A stretch of 49,150 bases of DNA from an uncultured Clostridia bacterium (lineage in GTDB: Bacteria; Bacillota; Clostridia; TANB77; CAG-508), in the NCBI GenBank assembly GCA_944386775.1, contig CALXCJ010000005.1, forward strand, positions 1-49,150, given 5' to 3'. The notes under the pieces are model-generated. The model worked only from the letters and a program-made list of their open reading frames with translations. It was not told the origin of the DNA and did not search any database. The number at the start of each line of letters is the position of its first letter. The stretch's first letter is position 1. Shown here piece after piece: positions 30,748 to 41,596 of this stretch. The position numbers and the translations under genes were made by a program.

Positions 30748-33700
30748 TTTTTGCCACCTTCTTTCTTATAATATAAACTCCAACTATAATTATTGCTAAT
30801 GCTATTATTACTAAAATAATACTTATTATTACATATCCTCCTGTTTTTACAGATATAAGTGTATCTGCTATTGCCATATCTGTTTCTCCTTGGATTTTGT
30901 TTCCATAGTTTGAGTCTTTATCTGTTATACCTAAATTATTTTCTGCATTTGCTATTTCTGCTATATTAATAATGCTTCCCATATTATTGCTATTCATATT
31001 TTTTGTTAGTGTTAATGTAAGTGTGATTGCTTGGTTTGGTAATAGTCTTTCATTTTTTAAACTTGTATTATGTAAAAATCCGTCTGATGACATATACCAA
31101 CCTTGATTTGAATTTGCATTAAATTGTAAATCATTTGGGATATAATCTATAATATCGTTTATATATCCTTCAATTTCTCCATCATTTCTTATTTCAATTT
31201 TGTATTCAATTGATACTGTTGAGTTTTCTACATATTTTGAGTCTATTTCCATTTTTGCAAGTTGTGCATTATTGTATTCTTGTACTATTACACCTTGACT
31301 ATTTTGCAATACTATTTTACTTATGTATTTATTTAGATTAATATCAAAAATTTCATTTTGTATTAACCCCATATCTATATTAGATATATTATTCATATTT
31401 AGTACTATAATGTCTGTAATTGCTAATTGCATATTATTGTTATTTAGTATGTTTGTACTTTGAATAAAGTCTGAGTTATTTTCTTCAAGAACTCCTTCTT
31501 TTTGGTATTCTGCTAGTCTATATGATTCACCATTATATTCTATTGCAACAATATATCTTCCATTTGTAACATTATTAAATGTATATGTTCCATTACTTGC
31601 CTCTACTGTTTGAAGTATTTCATTACTTTCTGCATTTAATAAATACACATTTAATTTGGTATTTAATAATGGTTCACCATCATTTTTTTGTCCATCTTTG
31701 TTTTGATCTTCCCAAATTTTTCCTGATATATAGTATGTTTCTAGTTCTGGAGTATTTGGGTCATCTGGGTTATTTGGATCATCTGGGTTTACTGGTTGGT
31801 TTGGATCATCTGGGTCTACTGGTTGGTTTGGGTCATCTGGATCTACTGGAGTATCTGGGTCGTCTGGATTATTTGGATCATCTGGATCCACTGGAATATC
31901 TGGATTGTCTGGATCATCTGGATTTTCTGGGTTATCTGGATTTTCTGGAATTATTGGTCCTCCAGGATTATCTGGAAGGGTTAAGTCTACTTTATATAAT
32001 ACTTCGTTAGATGTTACAAATTTAGAAGATGATATTTCTACTTTGTTTGAAACTTCTCCATTTATTACTTTGTCTTCTACAACTTCTGTTTCAAGTACTA
32101 GGGTAATTGTTTCTTGAGGACTTAAAGATGTTTCAAATTTAATTCTGTCTTCCTGTAATTCTAATGTATCATAATTTTGACCATCTTTTTGTATATATGC
32201 ATTTAAAAATTTTAAACCATCATCTATTTTATCTACTACTTCTAATGTTTCTTCATATACCCCATAATTTTCAATTACAGTTGTAAATGTGATTTTATCA
32301 CCATCTTTTACATATAATTCTTCTACACTACCTTGTTGAACTGCTCTTATTTTTCCATTACTTAATACTATTTTATTTGTATATTCATTAGATATATATT
32401 CTTTTGATGAATTAGTATTTGCAGTATAATATATTGATAAATCAGTATCTTCTTGTTTTAAATCATTGTTAATATCAAATATTACATTAACTGTTTTTTC
32501 TTCATTTGGCCCGATATTATAAATTTCAATATTTAGTGTATGTTCTTCTTCATTATAATTTAAGATTCTAAAGTCTTCTGTTTCTTCTATATATTCTGAA
32601 TTGTATGCTAGGACTTCTGGAATTTGCATATGTATTATTATATTGTTTTGTTCTTGAGCAGAAATATTTTTTACATTACAAGCTAATGGGATAAATGATC
32701 CTTCAAGTAATTCTAAATCTTCTGACTGTGTATTTAATAATGTAAGTTTTAATTCTGCATCTTTTATTATATTTGTCATTATATCAATTGTATTTTCTTC
32801 TATATTATCTGCTTTTATTGTAAGATTTGCATTTGTTGTATCTCCATCATTTGCTTCTTTTACACTTACCATATAGGAAATAGTTTTTGTTTCTCCTGGG
32901 TTTATACTATCTATTGTGAAGTCTTTTTGTGTTAATTCTGGAAGTTCTCTAAAATACACATTATCTTTTCCTTCTGGTGAGATTGCTTCTACATATTTTT
33001 CTCCCCAATATATTGCATTTGTATTTTTTGCGATTATACTTATATTGTTTATTACTTCATTTGTATTATTAGTTAAATTAATATCATATTTTATTGCTTG
33101 CCCTTCATTAATTTCATCACCATCATTTATTTGTTTTCCTCCTGAAATTGCTATAGCATCTACTGATATTCCTTGAACTTCTGCTATACTTAATGGTTTA
33201 ATATTTCCTTCTAGCCCAATGTATGAAATATTTTTTTCATCTTGTAAATTGTGTTCCCATTCAGCATTAATTTCTGGATAGATTTCTATATTTTCATTTG
33301 ACTCTTCTATATTAAAATTGTATCCTACTTGTATACTTTCAGATGGTTTTAATTCTCCATTTAATACAATTTGGAAATACTTGTTATTAGCAAATTCTTT
33401 TGTCCAGTCTTTTCCATCATTTGAATAATAGATTTCTACATCATCTCTATTTACAGTTATTTGGTTTTGTAAATTTACATCTGCTGTGTTTTTCTTGTTT
33501 TCTTGTATTTTTTTGTCTTTTTGTGGCATGATTCCTGTTAATACTACAGAATTTATAGTTTCTTCATAATTGTTTATAAATACTGTATTTCCACAAATTT
33601 CGGTTAATTTATCATTTTCTAAATTTCCTATATTAATTTGTTCATTTACACTTTCTACTATTTCTCCGCTTGAATTATAATTGCTTAGTTTATTATAAAT

Positions 33701-35710
33701 CATTCCTCCATATTTAGATATTATATTACATTCTAATACTTTTTCTAACATGTCTTCTTGTGAGTTTTCATTTGTATATTTTAAAACTATGTTAGCTGTT
33801 TTTGTAGGAGTGGATTTTTCAAGTGTTAAGTCTACATCAAAAAGTATTTGCATTCCATTATTTACAGAATTGTTAAATTGAGTTTGCTCCCCTTCTAATA
33901 TAATTTCTATTACTTTTTTGCCATTTTCTTCAATTAAATTTGCACTTTTTATTTCTATTTCATCTGAAAATAGCTTTTTAATAGAATTTACTTTTACATT
34001 ACTTATTTCTTCTGGTAATTCAATTCTTAAACTTGGGTTTTTAAGTAAGTCTTTTGTATTATCATTTGAAAGAAATGTAACTACCATTTGAATGTTTTTG
34101 TTTTCTGATATTGTTGATAAATTATTATTATTAATTTCAATTGTTGCTTCTGTTTTAGTATCATTTAGAGTTATTTCATATTTTTCTTGTGTGTTTTGTG
34201 TTCCATTTTTTACTTCAAATGTATTTTCTAGTTTTTCAAATGTTTTTAATTGTTCTTTTGTATATGGTGTTTTTCCTTTTATAGATTTATGGTTTTGTAT
34301 GTTAAGTTCCCCTATTTCTTGTGGTTTACTTGCTACAAATTTTAGTATATTATATTCTTCTTCATAATTTATTATAAAATTATTGCTAGCATCTACTTCT
34401 GTATCTTTATTTATTTCTTTTATTAATTCGTCTTTTTCATTATAAATTTGTATTGTTCCATTTTCACCAAGTATTCTTATAAATTCGTCTTTATTTATAG
34501 TTGTTTTATTGTATATAATATTTGCCATAATGTCATAACTATTTCCTCTAGAATTTATAAAATTTTCTTCACTGTTTTGTAGTTCTATATTTTCTATATT
34601 ATTTAGGCTTGATATTTGTAAGTTTATGTTTTCTTCATAATCTGTTTTATCATCAACATTTGCATACATATACCCTTTATATAATGGGTTAACATCTGAA
34701 AATTCTGTACTTACTATATTTCCTTTTTCTTCTAGTTTTATTTCATCAATATTTTCATTTTCAATTTCACTTTTTGTATATAGTTTTGTGTATATTTTAG
34801 TGTTTAAACTGATACTTTCTGGCAAATCTAATTTTTCATCATATTCTAGTATTAGATCATATGTATCTTCACATAGCCATTGAATTTCATTGTTTTCATC
34901 TATTTTATTTTCATATACTAGTTCTACTATATTATTTTCTTCATCAATTTTTATGTTTTCTTGACTTATTTTTACTCCATTGTGCATTATATTTATATTT
35001 GCTGGAGCTTTATTATTAATTACTGGGATTGAAAATTGAACTTTTTCAATTTGTTTTGGTAGCTTATTTTCTATTACTTTAGAATTAACTTCTATTTGCA
35101 TTATTGTGCTATTTTCAAGTTTTATAAGTTTTTCAAGTTTTTTTGTTATTTCCATAGTAATATCATCTGTCCAAATTAAGTTTAATTCTACATTTTTGGT
35201 TATTTGTTCTTCTTGCTCACTTGTTAATTTATATTTTGCTGATAATTCTACATTGAACTTTTTATAAAAATTATCTACATTTATTTTTTCGAGTTTATTA
35301 AACTTTATTGGTATTTCTAGCTCAAAACTTTGCCCATATCTTAAGTTGTTTAAAATTATTTTGTTTTCATTAATTTCTTTTATGTTTTCATTTTGGAAAT
35401 CTACTATAGCAAAATTTGCATTGTTAAAAGATATAGAGACATCTTCTAAAGAGCCTTTATTTTTAACACCTATCTTTACATATAGTTTTGCATTATCTGT
35501 TATGTTAGAATAATTGCTATATACTTTTGTTCCTTCTTCATTTTTAAAATATGCATCAAATTCGATTTCATTTAGAGCCTCACTATTTTCCTCTGCATCA
35601 TCTAATGCATATACAAAGCTTGTTTGAGATAAAAGAAAGTTTAATAAAATTAAGATACAAACTAAGTTTTTTAATATGTGTTTTACATATTTTGAATTTT
35701 TAGAATTCAT
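30740..35710 (-). CDS. Surface protein A2 (1656 aa): signal peptide, large scaffold, DUF11-like repeats, Pro/Asp linker, SdrD-B-like domain, C-terminal VKTG-TM-basic tail
   Basis: GQAIKYDINLTN, GDKITFTTVIEN; PDDPN repeats; ISGKIWEDQNKDG; ISVKTGG-TM-RKK. Stop overlaps the B2 start (ATGACTAA). Confidence 0.85.
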   Translation of the reverse strand: MNSKNSKYVKHILKNLVCILILLNFLLSQTSFVYALDDAEENSEALNEIEFDAYFKNEEGTKVYSNYSNITDNAKLYVKIGVKNKGSLEDVSISFNNANFAIVDFQNENIKEINENKIILNNLRYGQSFELEIPIKFNKLEKINVDNFYKKFNVELSAKYKLTSEQEEQITKNVELNLIWTDDITMEITKKLEKLIKLENSTIMQIEVNSKVIENKLPKQIEKVQFSIPVINNKAPANINIMHNGVKISQENIKIDEENNIVELVYENKIDENNEIQWLCEDTYDLILEYDEKLDLPESISLNTKIYTKLYTKSEIENENIDEIKLEEKGNIVSTEFSDVNPLYKGYMYANVDDKTDYEENINLQISSLNNIENIELQNSEENFINSRGNSYDIMANIIYNKTTINKDEFIRILGENGTIQIYNEKDELIKEINKDTEVDASNNFIINYEEEYNILKFVASKPQEIGELNIQNHKSIKGKTPYTKEQLKTFEKLENTFEVKNGTQNTQEKYEITLNDTKTEATIEINNNNLSTISENKNIQMVVTFLSNDNTKDLLKNPSLRIELPEEISNVKVNSIKKLFSDEIEIKSANLIEENGKKVIEIILEGEQTQFNNSVNNGMQILFDVDLTLEKSTPTKTANIVLKYTNENSQEDMLEKVLECNIISKYGGMIYNKLSNYNSSGEIVESVNEQINIGNLENDKLTEICGNTVFINNYEETINSVVLTGIMPQKDKKIQENKKNTADVNLQNQITVNRDDVEIYYSNDGKDWTKEFANNKYFQIVLNGELKPSESIQVGYNFNIEESNENIEIYPEINAEWEHNLQDEKNISYIGLEGNIKPLSIAEVQGISVDAIAISGGKQINDGDEINEGQAIKYDINLTNNTNEVINNISIIAKNTNAIYWGEKYVEAISPEGKDNVYFRELPELTQKDFTIDSINPGETKTISYMVSVKEANDGDTTNANLTIKADNIEENTIDIMTNIIKDAELKLTLLNTQSEDLELLEGSFIPLACNVKNISAQEQNNIIIHMQIPEVLAYNSEYIEETEDFRILNYNEEEHTLNIEIYNIGPNEEKTVNVIFDINNDLKQEDTDLSIYYTANTNSSKEYISNEYTNKIVLSNGKIRAVQQGSVEELYVKDGDKITFTTVIENYGVYEETLEVVDKIDDGLKFLNAYIQKDGQNYDTLELQEDRIKFETSLSPQETITLVLETEVVEDKVINGEVSNKVEISSSKFVTSNEVLYKVDLTLPDNPGGPIIPENPDNPENPDDPDNPDIPVDPDDPNNPDDPDTPVDPDDPNQPVDPDDPNQPVNPDDPNNPDDPNTPELETYYISGKIWEDQNKDGQKNDGEPLLNTKLNVYLLNAESNEILQTVEASNGTYTFNNVTNGRYIVAIEYNGESYRLAEYQKEGVLEENNSDFIQSTNILNNNNMQLAITDIIVLNMNNISNIDMGLIQNEIFDINLNKYISKIVLQNSQGVIVQEYNNAQLAKMEIDSKYVENSTVSIEYKIEIRNDGEIEGYINDIIDYIPNDLQFNANSNQGWYMSSDGFLHNTSLKNERLLPNQAITLTLTLTKNMNSNNMGSIINIAEIANAENNLGITDKDSNYGNKIQGETDMAIADTLISVKTGGYVIISIILVIIALAIIIVGVYIIRKKVAKND

Positions 35711-35798
35711 GCTAATACCATCCCTTCATACCTTCTTAAGTAATGAACTATTTCTTATATTTCATTTACTACTATTTTTTACATTAATAGCTATTTTT

Positions 35799-35827
35799 AT
35801 TGTATTATCAACAAATTAAAATATCAA
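35799..35827 (-). promoter_or_regulatory. Sigma-A-like promoter for the A2-B2 operon
   Basis: TTGATA (35827-35822), N17, TACAAT (35804-35799). Confidence 0.6.
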
Positions 35828-35878
35828 GTGTTAAAAATTCCACTTTTCCCTGATTTTACTATTTTATTTAAGATTAAC

Positions 35879-35953
35879 TTACGGAAATAGTTTTGTAAAA
35901 TTAGGAAATTTAAAATTAAATTTTCATTACATTATTATTACCTTTTTATTACA
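35879..35953 (-). promoter_or_regulatory. WalR/OmpR-type triple box plus TTTCCGTAA upstream of A2
   Basis: TGTAAT-N5-GGTAAT-N5-TGTAAT (35953-35926), 38 bp, TTTCCGTAA (35887-35879). Confidence 0.65.
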
Positions 35954-36013
35954 TTGTTTTATTTTTTTCTATATGCTTAGGGAATTCCAAATTTGAAGAT
36001 TTTGGCATAAAAA

Positions 36014-36056
36014 TGAACCCTCCTTATTAAACTTTTTGTCTAATAAGGAGGGTTCA
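36014..36056 (-). terminator. Intrinsic terminator of the A1-B1 operon
   Basis: 16-bp perfect stem TGAACCCTCCTTATTA/TAATAAGGAGGGTTCA followed on the minus strand by TTTTT. Confidence 0.85.
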
Positions 36057-36112
36057 CCTAAGTCTTAACTTTTTTTCTTTAAAGAAGCTATTTTTAGTTT
36101 ATCTAAATTTTA

Positions 36113-39100
36113 TCAAGTGTCTTTTCCTCTACCTACTACTTTTCTTTTTATAAGAATTATACCTACACCTACAATTACTACTGCTACTATTCCAATTGTA
36201 ATTGGTAATACATAGTTTCTGTCAGCACCTGTATTTGGTGTAATCATAACTTCTTCTGATGTGTCTTCATCTTCTTCTTGTGGATTTTTATTTGGTATGT
36301 AGTTACCTGGTGTTGGTGGAATTTTACTTCCTCCTGGTTTGTCTATTAGTGAAAGTTCTGCTTGGTTTGTGAAGTTTGCGTCTTCTGCTGTGTTTAGTAC
36401 TTTTTCTACAACCATATATACATCTCCACCTTCTGCTTGTCTCTTTTGGCCATTTTCTATACGTACTGGTTTTAGTGTTGTTGTATCTAAGTAGTCTGTT
36501 GTGAATATTTGTGGCATATCTAGTTCTTCTTCATAAATTTGTCCATTTTGTTCATATTGATATTTACCATCTTCTAATGCTTTTATAACATTACTTGCTA
36601 CTAGGTGCATATCTTTTAAGTCTTGAAGTGTTGCTTGTCTCCATCTGTATTCTTCATTTGTTGCATCTCCTTGTTTGTATACAGATTTTGGATCTAGATA
36701 GTCTATAATTCTTGATGGTGTTATTGTGATTATGTCTTGGTTTTTAAGTTCTTCACCATTACTTAGGTTATTGTAGTAGTCTTCACTAAAGTTATAGAAT
36801 CCTTCTGATGTGTAATCAGCATTACTTGTGTTTTCTGTTCTTAGTTTGTATTCCATTTCAACTGTTGAACCTTGTATTAGTTCTGTGTCAAGCTCTGCTC
36901 TTAAGTATCCGTTTTGTACTGTGATTCCATTTTCTTTTATTGGTTTTACATAGCTTAGGTATCCACCTGTTTCACCTTGTAAGTTTCCTTCATCGTCTAT
37001 TGTTGCATCTATTAGGACTTGACCATTTGCAAGTGTTATTCTTATTTTACTTAGTGTTTTTACAAAGTTTACACTTTGTACTGGTCTTCTTATAATTCCA
37101 AAGTCTATGTGGTCTACTTTAAATGCTACTCTGTCTGTTATTCTACTGTATGTTATTGTTGTTAGGTCATTGTCATCATATTCTACTTGGAATTCTAGTT
37201 CTGGTGTTGTTGATGTCATTTCATTTATTGTTACTTGTGTATTATGGTTATATCCTTCTTCTACTATTGGGTTTCCGTTTTCGTCTGTTACTATTTCACC
37301 ATTTTCGTCTACTTGATAGTGTTCGTTTAATTGCTCATCTATTTGCTTTCTTGTTTCATAATCATCAAGTGCGTGTGATGTTCTTATTTCTGATTCGTTT
37401 GCATCTCTGTAGAATTTATTGTTGCTTGCTTCACTTTCATATGTTGCTTGACTTAAGTTTGTTGCTTTGTAGTTTTCTACCATATCTGTGTATTGCTCTT
37501 GTGTTCCATCTACTATTTTGTATGTTCCGTCTCCCCAGGTGTATTTTATTGCATATCTACCTGGTATATATCCTGTTATTGTGTAGTTTCCGTCTTGGGT
37601 AGTTTCTGCTGTACATTCTGCATCTGTCCAAGCACCATTACCATTGTTTGCTTGTTCGTCAAATACTTTTGCAACTGTGTCTGTTACATTTCCTTGGTCA
37701 TCTACTTCTACAAGCTCTACTTTAACTCCTCCAATAGCATTTTCACCTTCATCTAGTGTTCCATTACCTTGTCTTATATTCTTTTCTGATAAAGATGTCT
37801 CATCTGCATTATCTTCGAATATTGTTCCTGATACTTGTCTTGCATTTGCTATTGTTATTGCAATTGTTGGTGCTGTGTCTGTATCATCTTCATATGTTTG
37901 AGTTGTTCCTGGAGTTGTGTTTTGTGGTACAGAGTCTTTGTCTAGTGCTGCATATAGAGTTGTTCCTTGAGCATCTGAATATGATGTGTATGATGTTATT
38001 TCTGCTATGTTTTCTAGGTTTGGTAGTCTTGATGTGTCATTATTATTAATTTTTGCTTCATTTAATAGGTTTAATACATTTTCTCTTGATAGGTTAAATT
38101 GTATGTATATGTATTTTGCTGTTTCTCTTTTTGCTGTTTCATCTGAGTTTGATGTTGATGCTTGTACTAGTATGTCTGTGTTTATTATTACTTTTTTGTA
38201 TGTGCTACTTGAATATGAAGTGTCTTCTACATAATTTAATGGGTCTGCTATAGCTCCTGTTTCTTCATTTATTGATGTTCCTATTCCTGCTATTTCGTAA
38301 CGTTTATCAAAATAATCTACTACTTGATTTACTTTTCCTGTTATTGTCTCTTCATTTCTGATTGCTATTTTGTAAGTTAGTGCAACTTTTAATTCGTTTT
38401 CTTCGTTTTCATCTTCATAGTTTGCATCTGAATTATAGATTGGTCTTGTGTAGATTAATTGATTATATGGATTTTTATATCTTACACCAACATTCCAAGA
38501 GTCTTGTGTATAGTCCATTCCGTCTCCTTCTAGATGTTCAAATCTGTTAGCATATTTATAAATATGTCCATATCCTGCAATTTCAATTTTTACTTGGTCT
38601 AAGTCTTGCATCATTGCTAGGTCTGCTTGTGTTCTCTTGTAAATTCCTAGGTTGATGTTTCTAATTTCTTTTTCTCCTGATCCTCTTGTATATTCTATTG
38701 TATAACCTGCATTACTTGTATTTGCTGTTATTGTACATTGTGATGTATTTCCTATAGTTGCTGATGCTTCATTTGGGTTTAATGTGTATTCTACATTATA
38801 AACTGTGTTTCCTTGTGCATCTTTTACTGCTGCTAAGTTATTTGCTCCACCATTTTCTACTGTTGCAAATCTGTTATTAAATGTATTACGTAATGTTCCT
38901 TCTGATGCTTTACCTCCATTGTCTTTGTCTAGGTATGGTGTTGTGTTTGCATAGATTAATCCATCATATTCAAATTCTACATAGTAGCTTGATAGTTTAT
39001 CTATTAATACATTATCAAAAGTATATGCTCCATTACTGTCTGTTGTTGTTTCTTGTAATACTGTATTTCCTTCTTTTAGTCTTACTTTTACTCCTTGTAC

Positions 39101-41578
39101 TAGTATATCGTTTACATCAAATTCATCATCTCTATATAGTCCATTTCTTCTTGATTGTTTTTCTGCTTGTATATCTTCAAATACATAACCTGATAGTTTG
39201 ATGTATTGTAGTTTGTTTGTTTTTAAGTACTCTGTGTCTTTTCTCTTTTCTATTACTGCTATTTCTGGTGTTGAGTCTGTTACATATCCATAGTTTGGAT
39301 TGTTTACTTCTGTTACTTCATATGTACCTATCCATAGATTTTTTATTTCGATTAATCCTTGTGCATTTGTTTTTACTGTTACTCTTTGTGTAGAATATGC
39401 AGCTTCTCCATTGTTTATATATACATATTTTCCTTGTTCTTTTCCACTTGTTGCTCTTATTGTAAATTCTACATTTTCAAGTTTTATATTTTGATTGTCT
39501 TCATCTACTTTTTCTATTTTTAAGTTACCTACTTGGTATTCATTTTCTATTACTTTTAGTTCCTCTTCTGTTGAAATATCTACTGCTTGTATATCTGCAT
39601 AGAATTTATTTGCTTTTTTAGTTTCATATGCTCTATATGTTCCAATTAGTAGTCCTTGTATATGAATGTTTCCATTTATATCTGTAATAAATTCTGTTGC
39701 AGAATCTATATTGTCTACATAGCTAATTTCTCCATTTGAGTTTTGGTATACATATTTTCCAGTGTCTAGAGATTGGAATTTAAATCCTACATTTGCAAGT
39801 TCTTCTCTTGTGTCTTTATCAATTTTCTTGATATTTAGCTCTCCATATTTTCTTTTATTTTCTACTTTATATGGTGTATATCCTTTTAATACCCATCTCC
39901 AGCTTGCAAGTTCTGCATTTGCATTTGGAGTTCTTCCTAGTACATTTTCGTATAGGTTTGTAATTAATGTATTACGCCACTGGTCTGTGTCTTGGTATTT
40001 ATTTTTAAATTCTGGTGAGTTGTATAAGTTTGCTAAAACTGTTTCTTCATTTGCTTGGTTTCTTCCGCTATTTAATATTGCAACATTACCATTTAGTCCT
40101 TCTTGGTCTGCATCTCTTCCAAGTATTGCAAGATATGCGGCCCTTACAAATTCTGTATTATTAAGATTTGCTGTTTTTTCTCTTCCCTCTGTACTTCTAA
40201 ATACCCCTAAAATTACCTCTCTAGATATTTCCATTCTTGATGCAAATTGGTAACATTTAACATTTACTGTATTTCCTGAGTCTGTTATTATTTCTGCATC
40301 TTCATATCCTGGGTTATTGTTTGAAACTTCTTCTATTGTCCAAGTTCCTACTGGTATGTTTGTAAGTGTTATTTCTCCATTTCCATCTGTTGTCCAAATT
40401 ACATTAGGGTCATTAGGGTTTGTTGACCAACCTCCAGTTCTTGTATAATATTGGTTTTTGTATATAAACCTAAATTGTACATTTGGAAGTCTATTTTTTG
40501 TGTCTGCATCTAATTTTATTAGTTTTAGGTTTCCTGCAAAGTCTAAAGTTATATCTGTAGATATGTTAAATTCTGCTGGTATTGTATTTGTTCCTGGTTG
40601 TGCAAGCATTATTCTTTGTGTAGTTCCAGCTGTTAAAAACCATAGTTCTGCTGTATATATTGTTGATGCATCTGATACTTTAACTGTTGCAGAAACATTT
40701 CTTATTCCTTCAATTCCTGAATCTTCTGGAATTGAGATGTAGAAGTCTTGACCAGATTTTATATCTGATGCATTTATAAAGTTTTGTGTAGTTCCTTGAT
40801 ATTCACTTATAAATATTTTACTGCTATCTATAGGATTGTTTTCTTTGTCTGTTACTGTTAAATCTTGAAGTGTTCCTGTATAAGTCCAGTTAAATGGTCC
40901 TATATTATATAAAGTTGTATTTACTCCATTTATAGTTGTATAGCTCATTCCAACTTTTATGTTATCTTTGTTTGTGTTGTCTACAGGTTCTTCTGCATTT
41001 GTATTTACTTCTGAATTTCCTAAACTATTTACATAGGAATTCATCTCATTTATAGTTTCAGTAGTTAATCCTCCTACACTAGTATTGGCTGAATCTAACC
41101 AACTATCCATTCCAAAGTGTTTTCCTACTGTTTTGAACCATTCGTTTATATATGTATATACTCCTCTTTGTGCTTGTGTATAATATCTTTGCTTATAGTT
41201 TCCATATCCTTCTGCTCTATTTACTAAATAGGCTAATCTAGCATTTATAGTTCTTTCATTTGTTCTTGTTTGTTCATCAGTACTTTCCATTAGTTGATTA
41301 TTTGCATCATATGCTTGGTTTCCAATAATTTTAACATATTTTGAGACTGTATATGTACTTGTTCTATTATAATATAATAGTGCACTATGGTTTACACAGT
41401 ATAAATCATTTCTACCATCTAGTGAATATTGCGAAACTCCAGCGGTTAAGCCTATTGCACCTGGACCAAGTGTTTTTATCTCGTCTAAGGTTGCAGCTTT
41501 TACTGATGTCATTGGTATGAATATTAGTGCTAAAATACTAAATAGTATTATTGATATATATTTTTGTATCTTACTCAC
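36113..41578 (-). CDS. Surface protein B1 (1821 aa), paralog of B2; putative thioester-domain adhesin
   Basis: GTG start after GGAGG; N-terminal LYCVNH...TQRIML; SpaA repeats; FVRAAYLAILGRDADQEGL; LSGYVFED; ITPNTG-TM-KRK. Long near-identical peptide stretches shared with B2 (e.g. GKYVLKYTWGDGTYKIVDG vs GRYAIKYTWGDGTYKIVDG). Confidence 0.85.
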   Translation of the reverse strand: MSKIQKYISIILFSILALIFIPMTSVKAATLDEIKTLGPGAIGLTAGVSQYSLDGRNDLYCVNHSALLYYNRTSTYTVSKYVKIIGNQAYDANNQLMESTDEQTRTNERTINARLAYLVNRAEGYGNYKQRYYTQAQRGVYTYINEWFKTVGKHFGMDSWLDSANTSVGGLTTETINEMNSYVNSLGNSEVNTNAEEPVDNTNKDNIKVGMSYTTINGVNTTLYNIGPFNWTYTGTLQDLTVTDKENNPIDSSKIFISEYQGTTQNFINASDIKSGQDFYISIPEDSGIEGIRNVSATVKVSDASTIYTAELWFLTAGTTQRIMLAQPGTNTIPAEFNISTDITLDFAGNLKLIKLDADTKNRLPNVQFRFIYKNQYYTRTGGWSTNPNDPNVIWTTDGNGEITLTNIPVGTWTIEEVSNNNPGYEDAEIITDSGNTVNVKCYQFASRMEISREVILGVFRSTEGREKTANLNNTEFVRAAYLAILGRDADQEGLNGNVAILNSGRNQANEETVLANLYNSPEFKNKYQDTDQWRNTLITNLYENVLGRTPNANAELASWRWVLKGYTPYKVENKRKYGELNIKKIDKDTREELANVGFKFQSLDTGKYVYQNSNGEISYVDNIDSATEFITDINGNIHIQGLLIGTYRAYETKKANKFYADIQAVDISTEEELKVIENEYQVGNLKIEKVDEDNQNIKLENVEFTIRATSGKEQGKYVYINNGEAAYSTQRVTVKTNAQGLIEIKNLWIGTYEVTEVNNPNYGYVTDSTPEIAVIEKRKDTEYLKTNKLQYIKLSGYVFEDIQAEKQSRRNGLYRDDEFDVNDILVQGVKVRLKEGNTVLQETTTDSNGAYTFDNVLIDKLSSYYVEFEYDGLIYANTTPYLDKDNGGKASEGTLRNTFNNRFATVENGGANNLAAVKDAQGNTVYNVEYTLNPNEASATIGNTSQCTITANTSNAGYTIEYTRGSGEKEIRNINLGIYKRTQADLAMMQDLDQVKIEIAGYGHIYKYANRFEHLEGDGMDYTQDSWNVGVRYKNPYNQLIYTRPIYNSDANYEDENEENELKVALTYKIAIRNEETITGKVNQVVDYFDKRYEIAGIGTSINEETGAIADPLNYVEDTSYSSSTYKKVIINTDILVQASTSNSDETAKRETAKYIYIQFNLSRENVLNLLNEAKINNNDTSRLPNLENIAEITSYTSYSDAQGTTLYAALDKDSVPQNTTPGTTQTYEDDTDTAPTIAITIANARQVSGTIFEDNADETSLSEKNIRQGNGTLDEGENAIGGVKVELVEVDDQGNVTDTVAKVFDEQANNGNGAWTDAECTAETTQDGNYTITGYIPGRYAIKYTWGDGTYKIVDGTQEQYTDMVENYKATNLSQATYESEASNNKFYRDANESEIRTSHALDDYETRKQIDEQLNEHYQVDENGEIVTDENGNPIVEEGYNHNTQVTINEMTSTTPELEFQVEYDDNDLTTITYSRITDRVAFKVDHIDFGIIRRPVQSVNFVKTLSKIRITLANGQVLIDATIDDEGNLQGETGGYLSYVKPIKENGITVQNGYLRAELDTELIQGSTVEMEYKLRTENTSNADYTSEGFYNFSEDYYNNLSNGEELKNQDIITITPSRIIDYLDPKSVYKQGDATNEEYRWRQATLQDLKDMHLVASNVIKALEDGKYQYEQNGQIYEEELDMPQIFTTDYLDTTTLKPVRIENGQKRQAEGGDVYMVVEKVLNTAEDANFTNQAELSLIDKPGGSKIPPTPGNYIPNKNPQEEDEDTSEEVMITPNTGADRNYVLPITIGIVAVVIVGVGIILIKRKVVGRGKDT

Positions 41579-41596
41579 TTTTTTATCCTCCTTTCC

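Noticed and set aside
31750..31980. Pro/Asp repeats in A2 (and Pro/Glu repeats at ~42625-42760 in A1) as a novel element
   Set aside because: Typical in-frame wall-spanning linkers of Gram-positive surface proteins.
24958..41578. Diversity-generating retroelement or invertase shufflon acting on B1/B2
   Set aside because: No reverse transcriptase or recombinase, no adenine-specific TR/VR pair and no inverted cassettes seen; the similarity is ordinary paralogy.
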